This document shows, piece after piece, positions 1 to 11,630 of a DNA stretch of 64,000 bases; position 1 is the stretch's first letter; each line of letters opens with the position of its first letter. The position numbers and the translations under genes were made by a program. Where the stretch lies: assembly GCA_052426225.1 (NCBI GenBank), contig JBNJNM010000011.1:4836001-4900000 (forward strand), read 5' to 3'. This stretch comes from Zancudomyces culisetae HAW-14-8. Its lineage: Eukaryota > Fungi > Kickxellomycota. Under the pieces are notes generated by a model. The model did not search any database. It was not told where the DNA came from and saw only the letters and a list, made by a program, of their open reading frames with translations.

Positions 1-100
1 GTTGTTTTATTTCAACTCAACTTTTCTAAAAGAACCATGAAATAAAAAAATTCTATGAATAATGTTTTATCTAAAAGGATATGAGTCTAGAACCTGAAAA

Positions 101-628
101 TTAGGTTCTCTTGACCTTGAGCCAAGCGAATGAAACTGCATTTCCACCAAGAACATCAGCTACATTGGCGATAGTCTTGGATGATGATCTACGAACCACT
201 TGGCATTTTCCAGTACAATCCTTTGCTGCACAGACCACAATAACACCCTTTCCTGGCTTAGTCAATCCACTCTTATTTCCGAGCTTGATTGATGCAAATT
301 CATCAGTGTTGTAGCACTTTCCGCGCCTGACGCTGCGCTTGCTGATTTTTTGGCCAAAGTTGGCAGTCTTGTACAATCTAACATTTGTTCTCTTGCCCTT
401 GCAACGACCCTTGCAACGGCCACGCATATCATTGAATTCACAACCAGACATATCGTTATTGTATTTGTAATCAGCTAGGTCATTGTTGTATTCAGCATTA
501 GCAAGATTGTTGTTGTATTTGGAATCGGAAAGGTCACTGTTATATTCCTGCTGGGCATTGTTTAGCTTTACTGCACCAGCCATCGTTGAACCTAGGAGTA
601 AGGTACTGACTAATACTGATTTAAGCAT
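101..628 (-). CDS. Secreted pre-pro-protein: signal peptide, acidic 9-aa-repeat propeptide, KR site, cationic beta/gamma-crystallin-like domain
   Basis: Hydrophobic N-terminus; repeats Y-N-x-D-L-x-D-x-K; GKR before VRLYKTANFG...ASIKL...VVCAAKDCTG...NAVSF (two Greek-key-like motifs); paralog of 1805..2209. Confidence 0.8.
   Translation of the reverse strand: MLKSVLVSTLLLGSTMAGAVKLNNAQQEYNSDLSDSKYNNNLANAEYNNDLADYKYNNDMSGCEFNDMRGRCKGRCKGKRTNVRLYKTANFGQKISKRSVRRGKCYNTDEFASIKLGNKSGLTKPGKGVIVVCAAKDCTGKCQVVRRSSSKTIANVADVLGGNAVSFAWLKVKRT
440..550 (-). repeat. Imperfect 27-nt coding tandem repeat (about 4 copies; YNNDLADxK-like)
   Basis: YNSDLSDSK-YNNNLANAE-YNNDLADYK-YNNDMSGCE in the translation. 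Confidence 0.8.
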
Positions 629-731
629 TTTTATTTTTATTTGAATTTTGTTGCTTTTGTTTGCTTTGGTCTATTTGTTTTTTTTTCCTGGTAGGAATGT
701 TGTGTTTTATTAAATTATATGAAAAAGCCTT

Positions 732-742
732 GCCCTTATATA
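732..742 (-). promoter_or_regulatory. TATA box TATATAAGGGC of the 101..628 gene
   Basis: About 100 bp upstream of the ATG; the identical 11-mer lies upstream of the paralog (2296..2306). Confidence 0.6.
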
Positions 743-1804
743 CTTTGTAAAAGGTATACTAGCTTGTAAATAAACAGTTACAAAGTAATAATACACAACA
801 CAATGCAGCTGGTGACATATCCCAAAAGTATAATACTAATGGTAGATTCAGTCTCTTGTACAGTTGTGGGTATACGACTTAGAAAACCTAGAAATATTTT
901 GGTGGTTCTAGGTTATCCTTAAACTTTAAGTTTACCAGAAAAAATGACAATATACTGATCACCTCATATATTTGTCCTATCACAAAGACATGAACTGAAT
1001 TACAAATCCGGACCCAGATCCAGATCCAGTATGTATATAAATATATTTCTATCAATAGGCAGAATATTTACTGCATGAAGTTGAACCAAGTTGCTGGTGT
1101 TATTGGTGCGACTAGTAGTTATAAACGCACATTTTTTGTGAAATATTTATCTAAGCAGAATGTGTTCCATTTCTTATGAAAAATTATGGAGCAACTATCA
1201 ACCTCTAAATGACTTGAAAAAAAACCGAGTTCTTGATCCAGGCCAATACCCATTTATGGGGAAAGCGTATATTCTTGGGTGCCTTTCAAATAAATAAGAA
1301 CTGATCGAGTTGGGCGTTTATAAGTGACAAGTTAGCTTCCAGGTTCTCCACTGGCCCTGTAGGTGCATTAAAAGGCTACCAAGAAAGATTAAAATGAAAC
1401 GGGACCTAACTCTAAGAAAATCAATACAGACTAGAGTCCAATGTAATATACATTTTTTTATACCCAGATTCAGCTGAGCTCCGCTATTCATCTCTTAGAA
1501 CTTGTGAGTAAATGAATACAGATATTTGGGATAGATTCTATGAATAGAAGCACGTCTCCTAGGATGTTTTTACCAGTATTGTTATATGGGATATTAATCC
1601 TATGACCGCAGGATTAATTTCAGTGAGAGGAGAGGAGAGGGGAGGGGAGGAAGAGAAGATGTTAATAACAAAATATCTGTTTTTGATTAGCACACGTGCT
1701 CCAGGTTTATTACAGATCCAGCGAACGTAAAGACTAACAAAATAAGGCTATTAAATTATGTTCTAAAAAATACCAATACTATTAAAAAACAAACTATAGT
1801 GTAA

Positions 1805-2209
1805 TTACTTACGGCTATATAACCATATCATAGAGTTAGCAGCACCACCAATATATTTTTCAATATTCTTGGGACCACGCCAAGTTTTTCTACTTTCAGT
1901 GAGGCACTTTCCACCGCAGTCATCGCTATTACAAAACACCATCCAACCCTTACCCGGTTTTCCATTTTGAAACCGTGCAGATTTGATACTTGGTATACGG
2001 TAGCATTTATTGGGCCTGATTTTTATTGACTTGAATCGCTCTTTGTGATTATTGCCTAAAAACATCTCGACTTTTAAACCTCTGCGGTTGCGAAACAGCA
2101 GGTTATTATTTACAAGCTCCTTTTCATATGGCAGGTCCATGTCTGAAGGAGCTTGTCCGTTAGCCCCGTTTAGGGCTAAGAGCATAGTCCCAAATATATA
2201 GTACTTCAT
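1805..2209 (-). CDS. Secreted cationic beta/gamma-crystallin-like small protein, tandem paralog of 101..628
   Basis: Signal peptide; RR before mature domain; shared KCY, KPGKG, C-x4-C-x-GKC and GG-x-A-x-S-x2-W motifs. Confidence 0.8.
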   Translation of the reverse strand: MKYYIFGTMLLALNGANGQAPSDMDLPYEKELVNNNLLFRNRRGLKVEMFLGNNHKERFKSIKIRPNKCYRIPSIKSARFQNGKPGKGWMVFCNSDDCGGKCLTESRKTWRGPKNIEKYIGGAANSMIWLYSRK

Positions 2210-2295
2210 TTTTGATACTCTTGTTACTGTGCTGCTGAAATTAAAGTTTTTTTCTAATTTTTAAGATTGGAAAAGTAATAGAGAAGTGTCTACTG

Positions 2296-2306
2296 GCCCT
2301 TATATA
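2296..2306 (-). promoter_or_regulatory. TATA box TATATAAGGGC of the 1805..2209 gene
   Basis: About 90 bp upstream of the ATG; identical to 732..742. Confidence 0.6.
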
Positions 2307-3732
2307 AGTTTTCTTTTTCTCTTGATGAGTTAAAATAACCAAGTTTCTACATGTGCTTGGTGTAGTACTGTTAATGATTGAATATTGCTTAATCATTTGG
2401 TTCAGTGATTCTAGCACCAGGTACTATAAATGATGAGAGAATAGTTCGTATATATGGCGTTCGGGGGGTTTTTTGCTCTAGATATTGTTCTTGAACAATT
2501 CCAATAAAAAACCAACAAATAAACCCCATCTTTTAATGAAATAGAATGTAGCACCTCTAGTCTCTTTAAGCTGGACCCAACTAGAACAAACCCGTGGATA
2601 CGTTCTAGTTATATTTATTCCAGTTTTTTTAAAAGTGAAAACTCGGGCAAATTTACAAGCGCATACTCCATATTGTAGATCTAGATCAGATTTAGGATGC
2701 TTTTTATACACTTTTGTAATTATTTCGGTTTTATCCCCCAGAATTGACTAAAATACAGGGAGAGATTACAACCGAAATCAATGTTCTAGATTGGATAATA
2801 AGGGAAATCTTATGCATTGCACCTATTTAAAATGATTTGCTGTAATTTTACACGTAAATGCTAGACCCTTTATAAAGCTGGAGTAATGTGCTTCACAATA
2901 ATTTAAAAGCAGCTTTTGCTGTAAACTACAATGTGACTCCAGGCTATTTGAGAGTCGAGCAAGTACTCGAAGCTTTATAAAAGCATAGTTCTAAAGCCTA
3001 ATATTGTTATCATTATGGGGTTATAGCTTGCTTTCTGGTGTACCCTTCAAAACCTGATGTAAAAAGACTATACATAAAATAAAGCACGCTTTGTAGCTAT
3101 TGCGAAATGTGAGATAGGCTAGGTTTTTTTCTAAATCTAACAACGCTTCTATTGGAGGGGAGGAGGGAAGAGAGGGAGGTATCGGTATACCCTCAGCTAA
3201 CAAGAGTGAAAGCAAGCTTTTTGATAGGTGATTCTTATAGTCTACACTGCGTAGAAAAGTACTCAAATTGTTAGCCGTGTTCAGCACAAAAAGTACCACA
3301 GTAGTTAAAAGTTGCGTTCCTCCTACCAACGATGTTATATGTTATGATTACGATAGCTCCGCTTTAGCAAAGCTACTCTTTAATGAATCAAAGACAAGAT
3401 CAGTTATTGGGGCACACACAAGAAAGTTAAGTTAAACAATAATGATGTTTGGTAGAATCGGACGGTTATTGTGGGTTATATGCTTAATGTATCATTTAAA
3501 TTTGCAAGATCAAAAGTTCATTGAATGCGAAAAATGACAATTAAGAAAGTCTTTGTATTGGTTAAGGTAGTTTTCATTTTTTCACCCTCCCCTACAGTTT
3601 ACGGTTTAATGGTAATTTTTAGCTCTTTGTTGATAAAAAGACAGTATCAAATTCTGGTGCAGAAGTAATAGTATCAATTTCCAAATATATATAAGAGTAT
3701 AAATACAAATATACACGAGACGGGGTGTAACA

Positions 3733-4405
3733 CTAGGATGATAGAGAGGATTCAAGAACAAAAAGGGGGAAATAGTTTGGGTCGAGTAAGGGAAAAGCAA
3801 AATTTGCAGCGATTTCACAGCCGTTGAACAAATCTCCACCATTTTCACTTGTCTGGTTCGAATAGTGTTTGAATTTGACTCTCCCACAGACTTGGACCAG
3901 GGAATGGAGAATAATTGAAGGTTCAGTGTTTGCAGAGAAATTTGGATCCATGTTTGTGAATGCTGTGGTATTCGTATTAGAATTTGGGTTATAGATTATG
4001 GGTGGCTGAGCCTGGATTTGTGGGTTCCATTTTATACAAGAAATTACGCCAGTTCCATCGTCAACTATAGGTGGTGTTGAGCTTTGAAATTTAAAACTAC
4101 ACACAGAACAAGAAAGAGGAAGAAGAGGGGGAGGGAACGGAAAGAAAAGGGATAAGAAAATTTGTAATGGAAATAAATACCTTGAAAAAAAGTTCCCTTG
4201 GATTTTTGACTGATACTGATTACTAAACCAACAATCTGGACGGTTTGGTCTAGAAGAAAAATGAAGGTTAAACCATTGAAAGGATTGATAAAAAAAAAGT
4301 ATATCAAAGTCAGAAAAACTTACCTTTTTCTATATTACGAGAGGAAACTAGGTGAAGGACCTGGGAGATAAAAAGTTTTTTATATAGGGTGGGGTTAATG
4401 TACAT
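3733..4405 (-). CDS. STN1: STN1-like OB-fold protein (CST complex), 3 exons: 4405-4324, 4249-4181, 4064-3733; 160 aa
   Basis: GT-AG introns 4323-4250 and 4180-4065 give one open frame MYINPTLYKKLFISQVLHL...TVQIVGLVISI...FFQVDDGTGVISCIKW...VQVCGRV...CEIAA...DPN, matching STN1/RPA32 OB motifs; the KLFI..VL N-terminus favours STN1. Confidence 0.75.
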
Positions 4406-4568
4406 TTGCAGTTGTTGCAGTAGCGCAGCAGGTTTTAGGGTGTAGGGGTATTAAGATTTATTTTTGTTTAAATAGTGCGTTTATTTTGCACTGAATTTAG
4501 TAGGTTGAAAAATAAATAGTTGAAGCTGAAATTAGTGAAGAAAAAAGTGAACCAATAATATTAAAAAA

Positions 4569-6842
4569 TTAGAGAGCATGGTTGCAGTCAATATCCCAAG
4601 TGGGAAGCCACTTCATGCTTGCACACTGCTGTTTAGTGAAAGTAAGGGCATAGGTGATTGGGGCAAAGGTGTAGAAAGCAGATAGAGCGGCAGCAAAGAT
4701 AATGAGGTAAAGAGAGTGCCTGAGAGTCGAAGAGACGCGGAGAGACGATGAAGCAAGTTCTGCAACAATGGGGATGGCAAGGATAGAGAACCATAGGGCG
4801 GGGAAGTAGTGGTGCAAAAAGAGCTCGCGATCCATGAGATAGAACGGTAGATAGTGAGAGAAGTAACCAATAGTAATGAGAGCGACAGAGGAGGGTGAGA
4901 AGGAGGATTTGGTGAGAGAGAATATATATATTTCACGTTTGGAAAGGATGAGATCAGAGAAGAAGAGAAAGCAGACGGACGCTATGGAGAGAGAAGCAAG
5001 CCACCAGACCACAGGATTTCCAAGCTGGTAAATGACGGCACCTGTGCCACCCCAGTATGCAGTACCACGGCGGAGAACAGGCCATGCAGGTGGGCGGGAA
5101 GCGAATGGATGGTCGCCGAGCAGGTCTTGGTTGGTGGACAGCATCTGACGGTTGTAGTCGAGAAAGAGTTTCCAGGTCGAATGGGGTGGGTATCCAATTA
5201 TATCTGCAACATCCTTTTCAAGGTGGTCATGGTGGGCGTATTCAATATGCCAGGTGGCATGTTTCATGTGGCAGTTGCTCATGCAGAAAGTTTCGGTTTG
5301 ATTGAAGGCGTATTCAGGCAGACGCTTACGAGAAGAGAAGAGGTGGCAGCGAAGGTTGGAATGAATGAGTGTGAATTGGGTGTGGATGGCCTGGACAACA
5401 TTTTTCTCATCTTCGTAGTCATCCTTGTTGGGAACAACTTTGTTGGACAGGATCGAGACTTCGAAGTTGTCGTTAGAGTCGCCTTCAAAACCGTGTGCTC
5501 CATAGCCAGAGACTTCGTACTTGCCTTGGCCAGTGGATACAGGTGCTGGGACATTGTGTGAATGTAAACGCTTTTCTGTGGAAACGTGTAAGAGTCGCAG
5601 CTTGTCGCCATTGCGTACAGGGTATAGTGTTTCGTCGTCATTGGTACCCTCTGCTGTTGCGTTATATCCGAGTGGTCGCTCTATCTTCCAAAGATTATTT
5701 CCGTCTGGGAATGGGTACAATGTGATCTGCTGTTGCTTGGATGATTTTTCGTTGACCCAAGTATGACTGTGTGAATGTAGGTATCCTTTGTTGGAGTTTG
5801 TGTGGCGCAGACGAATCACAGAGCCAAAGAATACTTGTCGTTGCGTCTCCACGTTGTGTCCATATGCCGATCTGAATCCGGCGGATAATACTGGATCGGG
5901 CTTGTCCATCTTGTTGAGTACTTTAAAATGAATTGCAAAAAACAAGAAATATAACGCGAATGGAATGCCTAAAAAGCCAACCAATCTTTTAAATATTTGG
6001 CACATAATATTCCGTGCGGATCGTCCGGCATCTCCAACCATTTCCCAGAGCTCATAGATCGTGTATACCCCAATCATCTGGAATAAAAACAGACCTACCC
6101 ACTTACTGCTGAGCGCACACGCCATGTTGACCCCAGTGCTAATCATCCAAAAATCGCTGGCAATGGCATTTGTATCGCGATAGTTGATGAACAGTATATA
6201 ACTCATAGTCGCAAATACAGTGAAAAATACCAGCGTGGAGTCTAACAAAATTAGTCTGCTTTGTGTCACCAATCCATTTTCAAAGAGTACTAGACCGCAT
6301 CCAAGAAGTGCTGTATCTATTCCATATCCGAGTCCCCTAAGTGCCACATAACTGCCTGGAACTGTCAAGCTCCCCAATATTGCCGGCAACAATCGCATGG
6401 CTACAAACGGTACGTTTTCAAATTCGTCGTATTTTAATCCAATTTTCGCAAAGTCAAACTGTCCGTCATATCCAGCAAGTTTCCCCACCAATGCGAATAA
6501 CATCTTGGCCAGTGGTGGGTGCAAATCAAAAAAATACGTCTGATTGATGTATTTGCCTGCAAATTTACCAAAATGTACCTCATCAAACACCACTTCCCGT
6601 GGGTTGGATAGTCGGTAACATCGCACCACTATGCTAAGCGCCGTCACCACCAGCAGCAATAATACATCTAGTATGCTTATCGTCCACCTGGTTCTTTTTA
6701 CCTCAAAGAATCCACTCTTTTGCTTACTTTCCACCTTTTTTTCTTCCACAGCCTTTTCTTCCACCTTTTCGCCTACAGTAGTATTCTGTGTGGGTTCCTC
6801 TTGCTGGCTGTTTCCCAATTCCTTTTTTTCTTTTCTGTTCAT
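4569..6842 (-). CDS. Dolichyl-phosphate-mannose:protein O-mannosyltransferase (PMT family, GT39 plus MIR domains)
   Basis: VVFDEVHFGKFA, FFDLHPPLAK, SRLILLD, YLHSH/RLHSH MIR repeats, RELFLHHYFPAL; multiple TM segments. Confidence 0.97.
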   Translation of the reverse strand: MNRKEKKELGNSQQEEPTQNTTVGEKVEEKAVEEKKVESKQKSGFFEVKRTRWTISILDVLLLLVVTALSIVVRCYRLSNPREVVFDEVHFGKFAGKYINQTYFFDLHPPLAKMLFALVGKLAGYDGQFDFAKIGLKYDEFENVPFVAMRLLPAILGSLTVPGSYVALRGLGYGIDTALLGCGLVLFENGLVTQSRLILLDSTLVFFTVFATMSYILFINYRDTNAIASDFWMISTGVNMACALSSKWVGLFLFQMIGVYTIYELWEMVGDAGRSARNIMCQIFKRLVGFLGIPFALYFLFFAIHFKVLNKMDKPDPVLSAGFRSAYGHNVETQRQVFFGSVIRLRHTNSNKGYLHSHSHTWVNEKSSKQQQITLYPFPDGNNLWKIERPLGYNATAEGTNDDETLYPVRNGDKLRLLHVSTEKRLHSHNVPAPVSTGQGKYEVSGYGAHGFEGDSNDNFEVSILSNKVVPNKDDYEDEKNVVQAIHTQFTLIHSNLRCHLFSSRKRLPEYAFNQTETFCMSNCHMKHATWHIEYAHHDHLEKDVADIIGYPPHSTWKLFLDYNRQMLSTNQDLLGDHPFASRPPAWPVLRRGTAYWGGTGAVIYQLGNPVVWWLASLSIASVCFLFFSDLILSKREIYIFSLTKSSFSPSSVALITIGYFSHYLPFYLMDRELFLHHYFPALWFSILAIPIVAELASSSLRVSSTLRHSLYLIIFAAALSAFYTFAPITYALTFTKQQCASMKWLPTWDIDCNHAL

Positions 6843-7671
6843 TTTTCCTTTGTCCTATTCCATTTATTTACTATCTGTTTCTTAACCTATTCTAGTTTTC
6901 TCTTTCTTGCGGGTACAGCTAATTGTTGTCTGTTCAAGATAAATGTTAAATTTTAATGTTATATAATAGACAGAAAAACAAGACGGGGATGTTTTAATGT
7001 ACTTTTAATTCCTATTTATTATCCAAAATTTGTTGATATTCCTCAATACAGCTTTAACAAATCCCAATAAGCGTAATAAAACTTGTGCCATTTTTTTACA
7101 TCCATTTACCAATCAACTTTTTTGAAGGTAAAATTTCTTTTGATTCACTAGTTAATTTTTGGTCATTTACATCTATTTTATATTAAAGCTCATTTTTCAC
7201 AAACCTGCGAACTAATGTTCATAGTTAGTGAACTACATTCTGAGTATATCAGGTAAACATTCTTACTAATATTTGCAGGCTCCGGGCTTATACAAGAATC
7301 AGTTTTTCTGCATTTTTCCTTCGCCCTCGTCTTCCCTTATATTCTTTATTCATTTTCTATATTTGCTCTGTTCTATACTGATAAAGCCAGGAATTAACAT
7401 GAAGCTAAGCTTTCAATTTGGATTTGTTGTTGAAGCTCCGACTAAAAAAAAAACATTTTTTTTCTGCCCTACAAATTATACAAAATTGCAGTGAAAAATA
7501 AAAATGCACACTAAATAAAGTAACATCTGGTATCAACCCATTGGTTCTTAGTGAGAAACTCAAAAACTGCAGCGTCTAAAAAATAAAAGGTAAAAAATAA
7601 AAAATGACAAATGACAAAAAATCGCAACGGCCAACACTTTATAGCCTTCAAATCCATCATCATTATTTTAC

Positions 7672-9621
7672 TCAATACAGGTTTTTCAGTTGGTCCTCGT
7701 AAAAGCTGACCATTTGCTCACTCAGACTAGGCTGAAAGTTCACAAGAATTTCGTCAAGTGTTCTTATATCCATTCGGTTGCTAGCCCCTTCTTTCCCATT
7801 CTCTGGACCATCAGAATACTTTAATTGTTTCTTGAATTCATTCATTTTTATCACAGTACACAGTTTGTGCAAGTCTGCCATTGTACAGCAGCCACCGCTA
7901 GTTGCTGTAATTATTTTTTGATACTCAATATCACTTAATCCTTCTATCCCGCCCTGTTGAAGTAACTTTTTGGCTATTTCCATCCGCTCGTTGTCTGTTG
8001 GCGGGCCAACATATATCAATTTGTCAAATCGACCTGGCCTGAGTAGTGCCTCGTCGATAAGATCTGGCCTGTTTGTGCTGCCAATCAACATTACCTGCGA
8101 TGCACCCTTGGTTTTACTTTTTAGGGTTGAGCTTACTCCATCCAGCTCATTCAGAAACGTCGTCAAAATGCGGTCCCTCACCACGTCTTGTTGTGATGTA
8201 TCAGATCCACGTTTACTAACAATACATTCGAGCTCGTCAACAAATATAATGCTTGGCTTTGTTAACCGTGCCTTCAAGAATGTCGACCGGATCGTTCGTT
8301 CCGACTCGCCGACATAACAGCTGAATATATCTGCACCGCTTATCATGTAAAGCGTACCAAACCGCTGTGCATATTCACGCACTAGTGTAGTTTTGCTACA
8401 ACCTGGTGGACCATACAATAAAATTCCATTTGGCTGGACTGCTCCGAGGCGTGCTAGCTTATCTCCGTGCTCTAATGGCCACCGAATACACTTATCTAGC
8501 GCTCTTCGTACAGCACTTAGTCCACCCACCTCCCCCTGAATCTCAATTTCAATATTAGTACCAGGTTGTAGACCTGAAGATTGAACCTCCATCTCTAATC
8601 CTCGTTTAAGAGAAGGCTCAATAATTTTCAACCCTTCCATAAAATCGCTCAGCACAAATACAGCTCCACCATCGGTACTATCAGTACCGTCGCCTTCATC
8701 ACCAGTACTGCTATAATCACTATTTTTAATGCGCTTTTGTCTTGCTAGACTATTCAAAAGCGCTTCCCGCACCAATGCCATAAGATCCGCCCCCACGTAC
8801 CCACTAGTATTTTCTGCCACCGTATCCAACACAATTTTTTCATCATGTATATTAAGCCGACTTTTCCTTATGTAGTACTCTAAAATCTTTCTACGTGTTT
8901 GTTGATCTGGTACGTTTATATATACCTCTCGCTCTAGTCTTCCCGGGCGTCTAAGCGCTTCATCGATATCATTCGGTCGGTTTGTTGCTCCAATCACTAC
9001 TACATTACCACGCTCCACTATTATCCCATCCATCTGTGTAAGTAGTACTCCAAGTAGCCTCGTCTCTATCTCAGTACTCTCGTCTTTCTTTCGCTTTGAT
9101 GCCAATGCTTCGATTTCGTCTATAAATACTATGACAGGCTGCTTTAGCGATTCCGAAATTACCCGTGCCTGTTCAAACTTTTCTCGTAACTGTCTTTCGC
9201 TCTTACCGATCGCGGAGTTTGTAATTTCTGCGCTGTTTATTGATATCTATTTTTTGAATTTTACACACAAGTTAAGTTGCTCCGATAACATTCGATTACT
9301 TTTTGCTACTAAAGGTTTTGAATTTGGCATATCTTGGAAAATTACTCGAGTTTAAAACTCTTAAACTATTTTTTTTCGTTGATAACATTCACTTACAACT
9401 GCTATTTTATATCTTTCTGCTATTTTTCTAACAATCATCGTTTTCCCTACACCTGGTGCACCATGTAACAATATTCCCTTTACCGGCTTTATGTTCAAAT
9501 GCTCGAATTCTTTCTGCTTTATCAGCGGATAGTATACCATATCCCTCAACGCCTCATACACCTGCTCTAGCCCTGGCGGAGGCGACGACTCCACACCTAT
9601 CTCTTCGATTCTACTTGCCAT
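7672..9621 (-). CDS. Double-ring AAA+ ATPase, AFG2B/SPATA5L1-like; exons 9621-9397 and 9246-7672
   Basis: Intron 9396-9247 (GTAAGT...CTTAAC...TAG) joins D1 Walker A GAPGVGKT to Walker B VFIDEIE; SRH ATNRP..ID.ALRRPGR; D2 GPPGCSKT, SGADIFS.YVGESE, FLNELDGV. Confidence 0.88.
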
Positions 9622-9942
9622 TTTTCGTCTAAAATTTGGAGCATTCTTTGCACTTTAATTCAAACACAAAAATGCTTTTTCTTTTTTTGATCTTTTGCGC
9701 TTCGTGTAATACCTTCTCCAATAGCAAAGCCCAATGGTTTTCGAGAAAAAGCTATTGGTGGTAGTTAATTGTTCTGAGATTCTGCGAATTTATAGCCCTA
9801 AATCGTTGCAATAAAAAAAATTTTTTTTTCCAGAGGCCAGAAAAACAAACAAGACAACAGCAGCTTGGGTCAATAAGCAATAAACTAGAAGCACATCTTA
9901 AATCCAAATTCAAATCTATATTTATAATCGGACTTTCGAATC

Positions 9943-10815
9943 ATGAGCTTTACAGTCAGACCTCCCATCCGCACCGATAAAATCCAAGAAATTATCACCA
10001 CTGTGGAACGCTACAATCCACAAAACATTCCCGTTCTGGAAGCTTACCTAAAGGAACAATGCAATAGTTTTAGCGAGCACAGCAACGATCCAGCTGCCAA
10101 CTTGGCGTTGCTGAAACTTTATCAATTCAATCCCGAGCTTTTGAACATTGATGCCATTGGGTCAATCCTAATCAAAGCTCTGACAAACCTACCTGGAAAT
10201 GACTTTATTTTGTGTCTCTACCTGCTCTCTGAACAGATCGTAAGTGTTTGTTTTTACTTTATTTGGCCTGAATTCCCACCACAATTTACAAATCTTACAT
10301 CTTCTGGATGTGGACTCGATAGGATCCAGTATCTTATTTTTGGATAATCCTAGGTTAAATAAAAGAAGCCGAGATAGCATAAAACTAATAAAAGTTTAAA
10401 AAATGATACCAAATAATAGATCAGTGACGAATCGATTGTTAAGATTCTTGAGCTCAAGGATTTGTTGGAAACTGCACGCTTCGATGCATTCTGGGACATT
10501 TTATCCAATGACTCTATAACCAAAGAAATCACTGGTGCTGTTAAAGGCTTTGACGATTCCATCCGCTCCATGATTGCAAAGAATATTTCGGTTACCCACC
10601 AATCAGCCACCAGTGAATTTTTGCAGCTGGCTCTCAATCTTGACGAGTCAGATTTATCTGATTTTGCTAAACAACAAGGCTGGACAATCAACGAGGAAAC
10701 TGGAATTGTGACACTACCACTTATTAAAGATAATGAAGCCAAGGCTGTTGTTATTTCTGAACAGATTCCATTTGTCCAACTCACAAAGATTCTTGCCTCA
10801 AGCTCTGAGCTCTAA
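9943..10815 (+). CDS. EIF3K: Translation initiation factor eIF3 subunit K; exons 9943-10239 and 10420-10815
   Basis: ERYNPQN..LE.Y, ANLALLKLYQFNP, ILIKALTNLP..DF.LC, LETARF..FW, GFDDSIR; in-frame intron 10240-10419 (GTAAGT...CTAAT...TAG). Confidence 0.95.
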
Positions 10816-11630
10816 GCCCTAGGTCTGGATCTTCGTTATTTTCTAAATTACAAGAATTTTCCCTTTTTTCAACTTTTTTTCTTTTGATAACTCTTTGTTG
10901 TATACTGTCTACTTTTATATTACCATACAGCCGCCATACACATAAATATTATATTGGGCTCTAAGTATTCAGGGATTTGATTTTGACAATACCTTAAAAA
11001 ACAATAAACGTATGTGAATACATTGAGCATTTGGGCTTAGCCAAGTATCAGTGTTTCCGACCTGAAATGCTGTAAAAAATCAAGGGTATTGTAGCTCATG
11101 GGTCATGAATAAAATATGAGCTCTGCTACTACGTTCTAACACTCAACTCCGTACATCAACCCCAACTCTGCGCTGTATTTATTCACATACTTTGTGTCTT
11201 GCTGTAGCAAAATACGTTATATTTCCTTAGTTGATAATATCATTTTGAGATTTTGTGTATGTGCAACTGCCCTTTATAGCATAATACCTGTCAACATGCT
11301 CGTGTGGTTTTTATATACAGTATCCTTTTTGTCTATTTCTTTCTAAAAAAACAAATCTTAGCTGTGGAGTATGAGTTTGGATTGACCTGAAATTAATTTG
11401 AGGTTCGTATACCCTGGGTTTAATGTGTAATGATTTGGTTTATATTGTAAACTTTAGACTTAACTCTAGAGTACCAGCTCTAAGGGTCCATAAAACTCGT
11501 TAAAGTCACTATTGGTAATAAAAATTGACGGTATATAGATTCTTTTTATTGCATACACTTATCCTAATAAAAAGATATGCACGTAGCTATAAAGCTCTTC
11601 AGGTTTCTCACAAAATCAGCTAATAAAATA

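Noticed and set aside
2478-3329. Short ORFs between the secreted pair and STN1
   Set aside because: Non-ATG starts, no recognisable motifs, no splice model linking them to STN1
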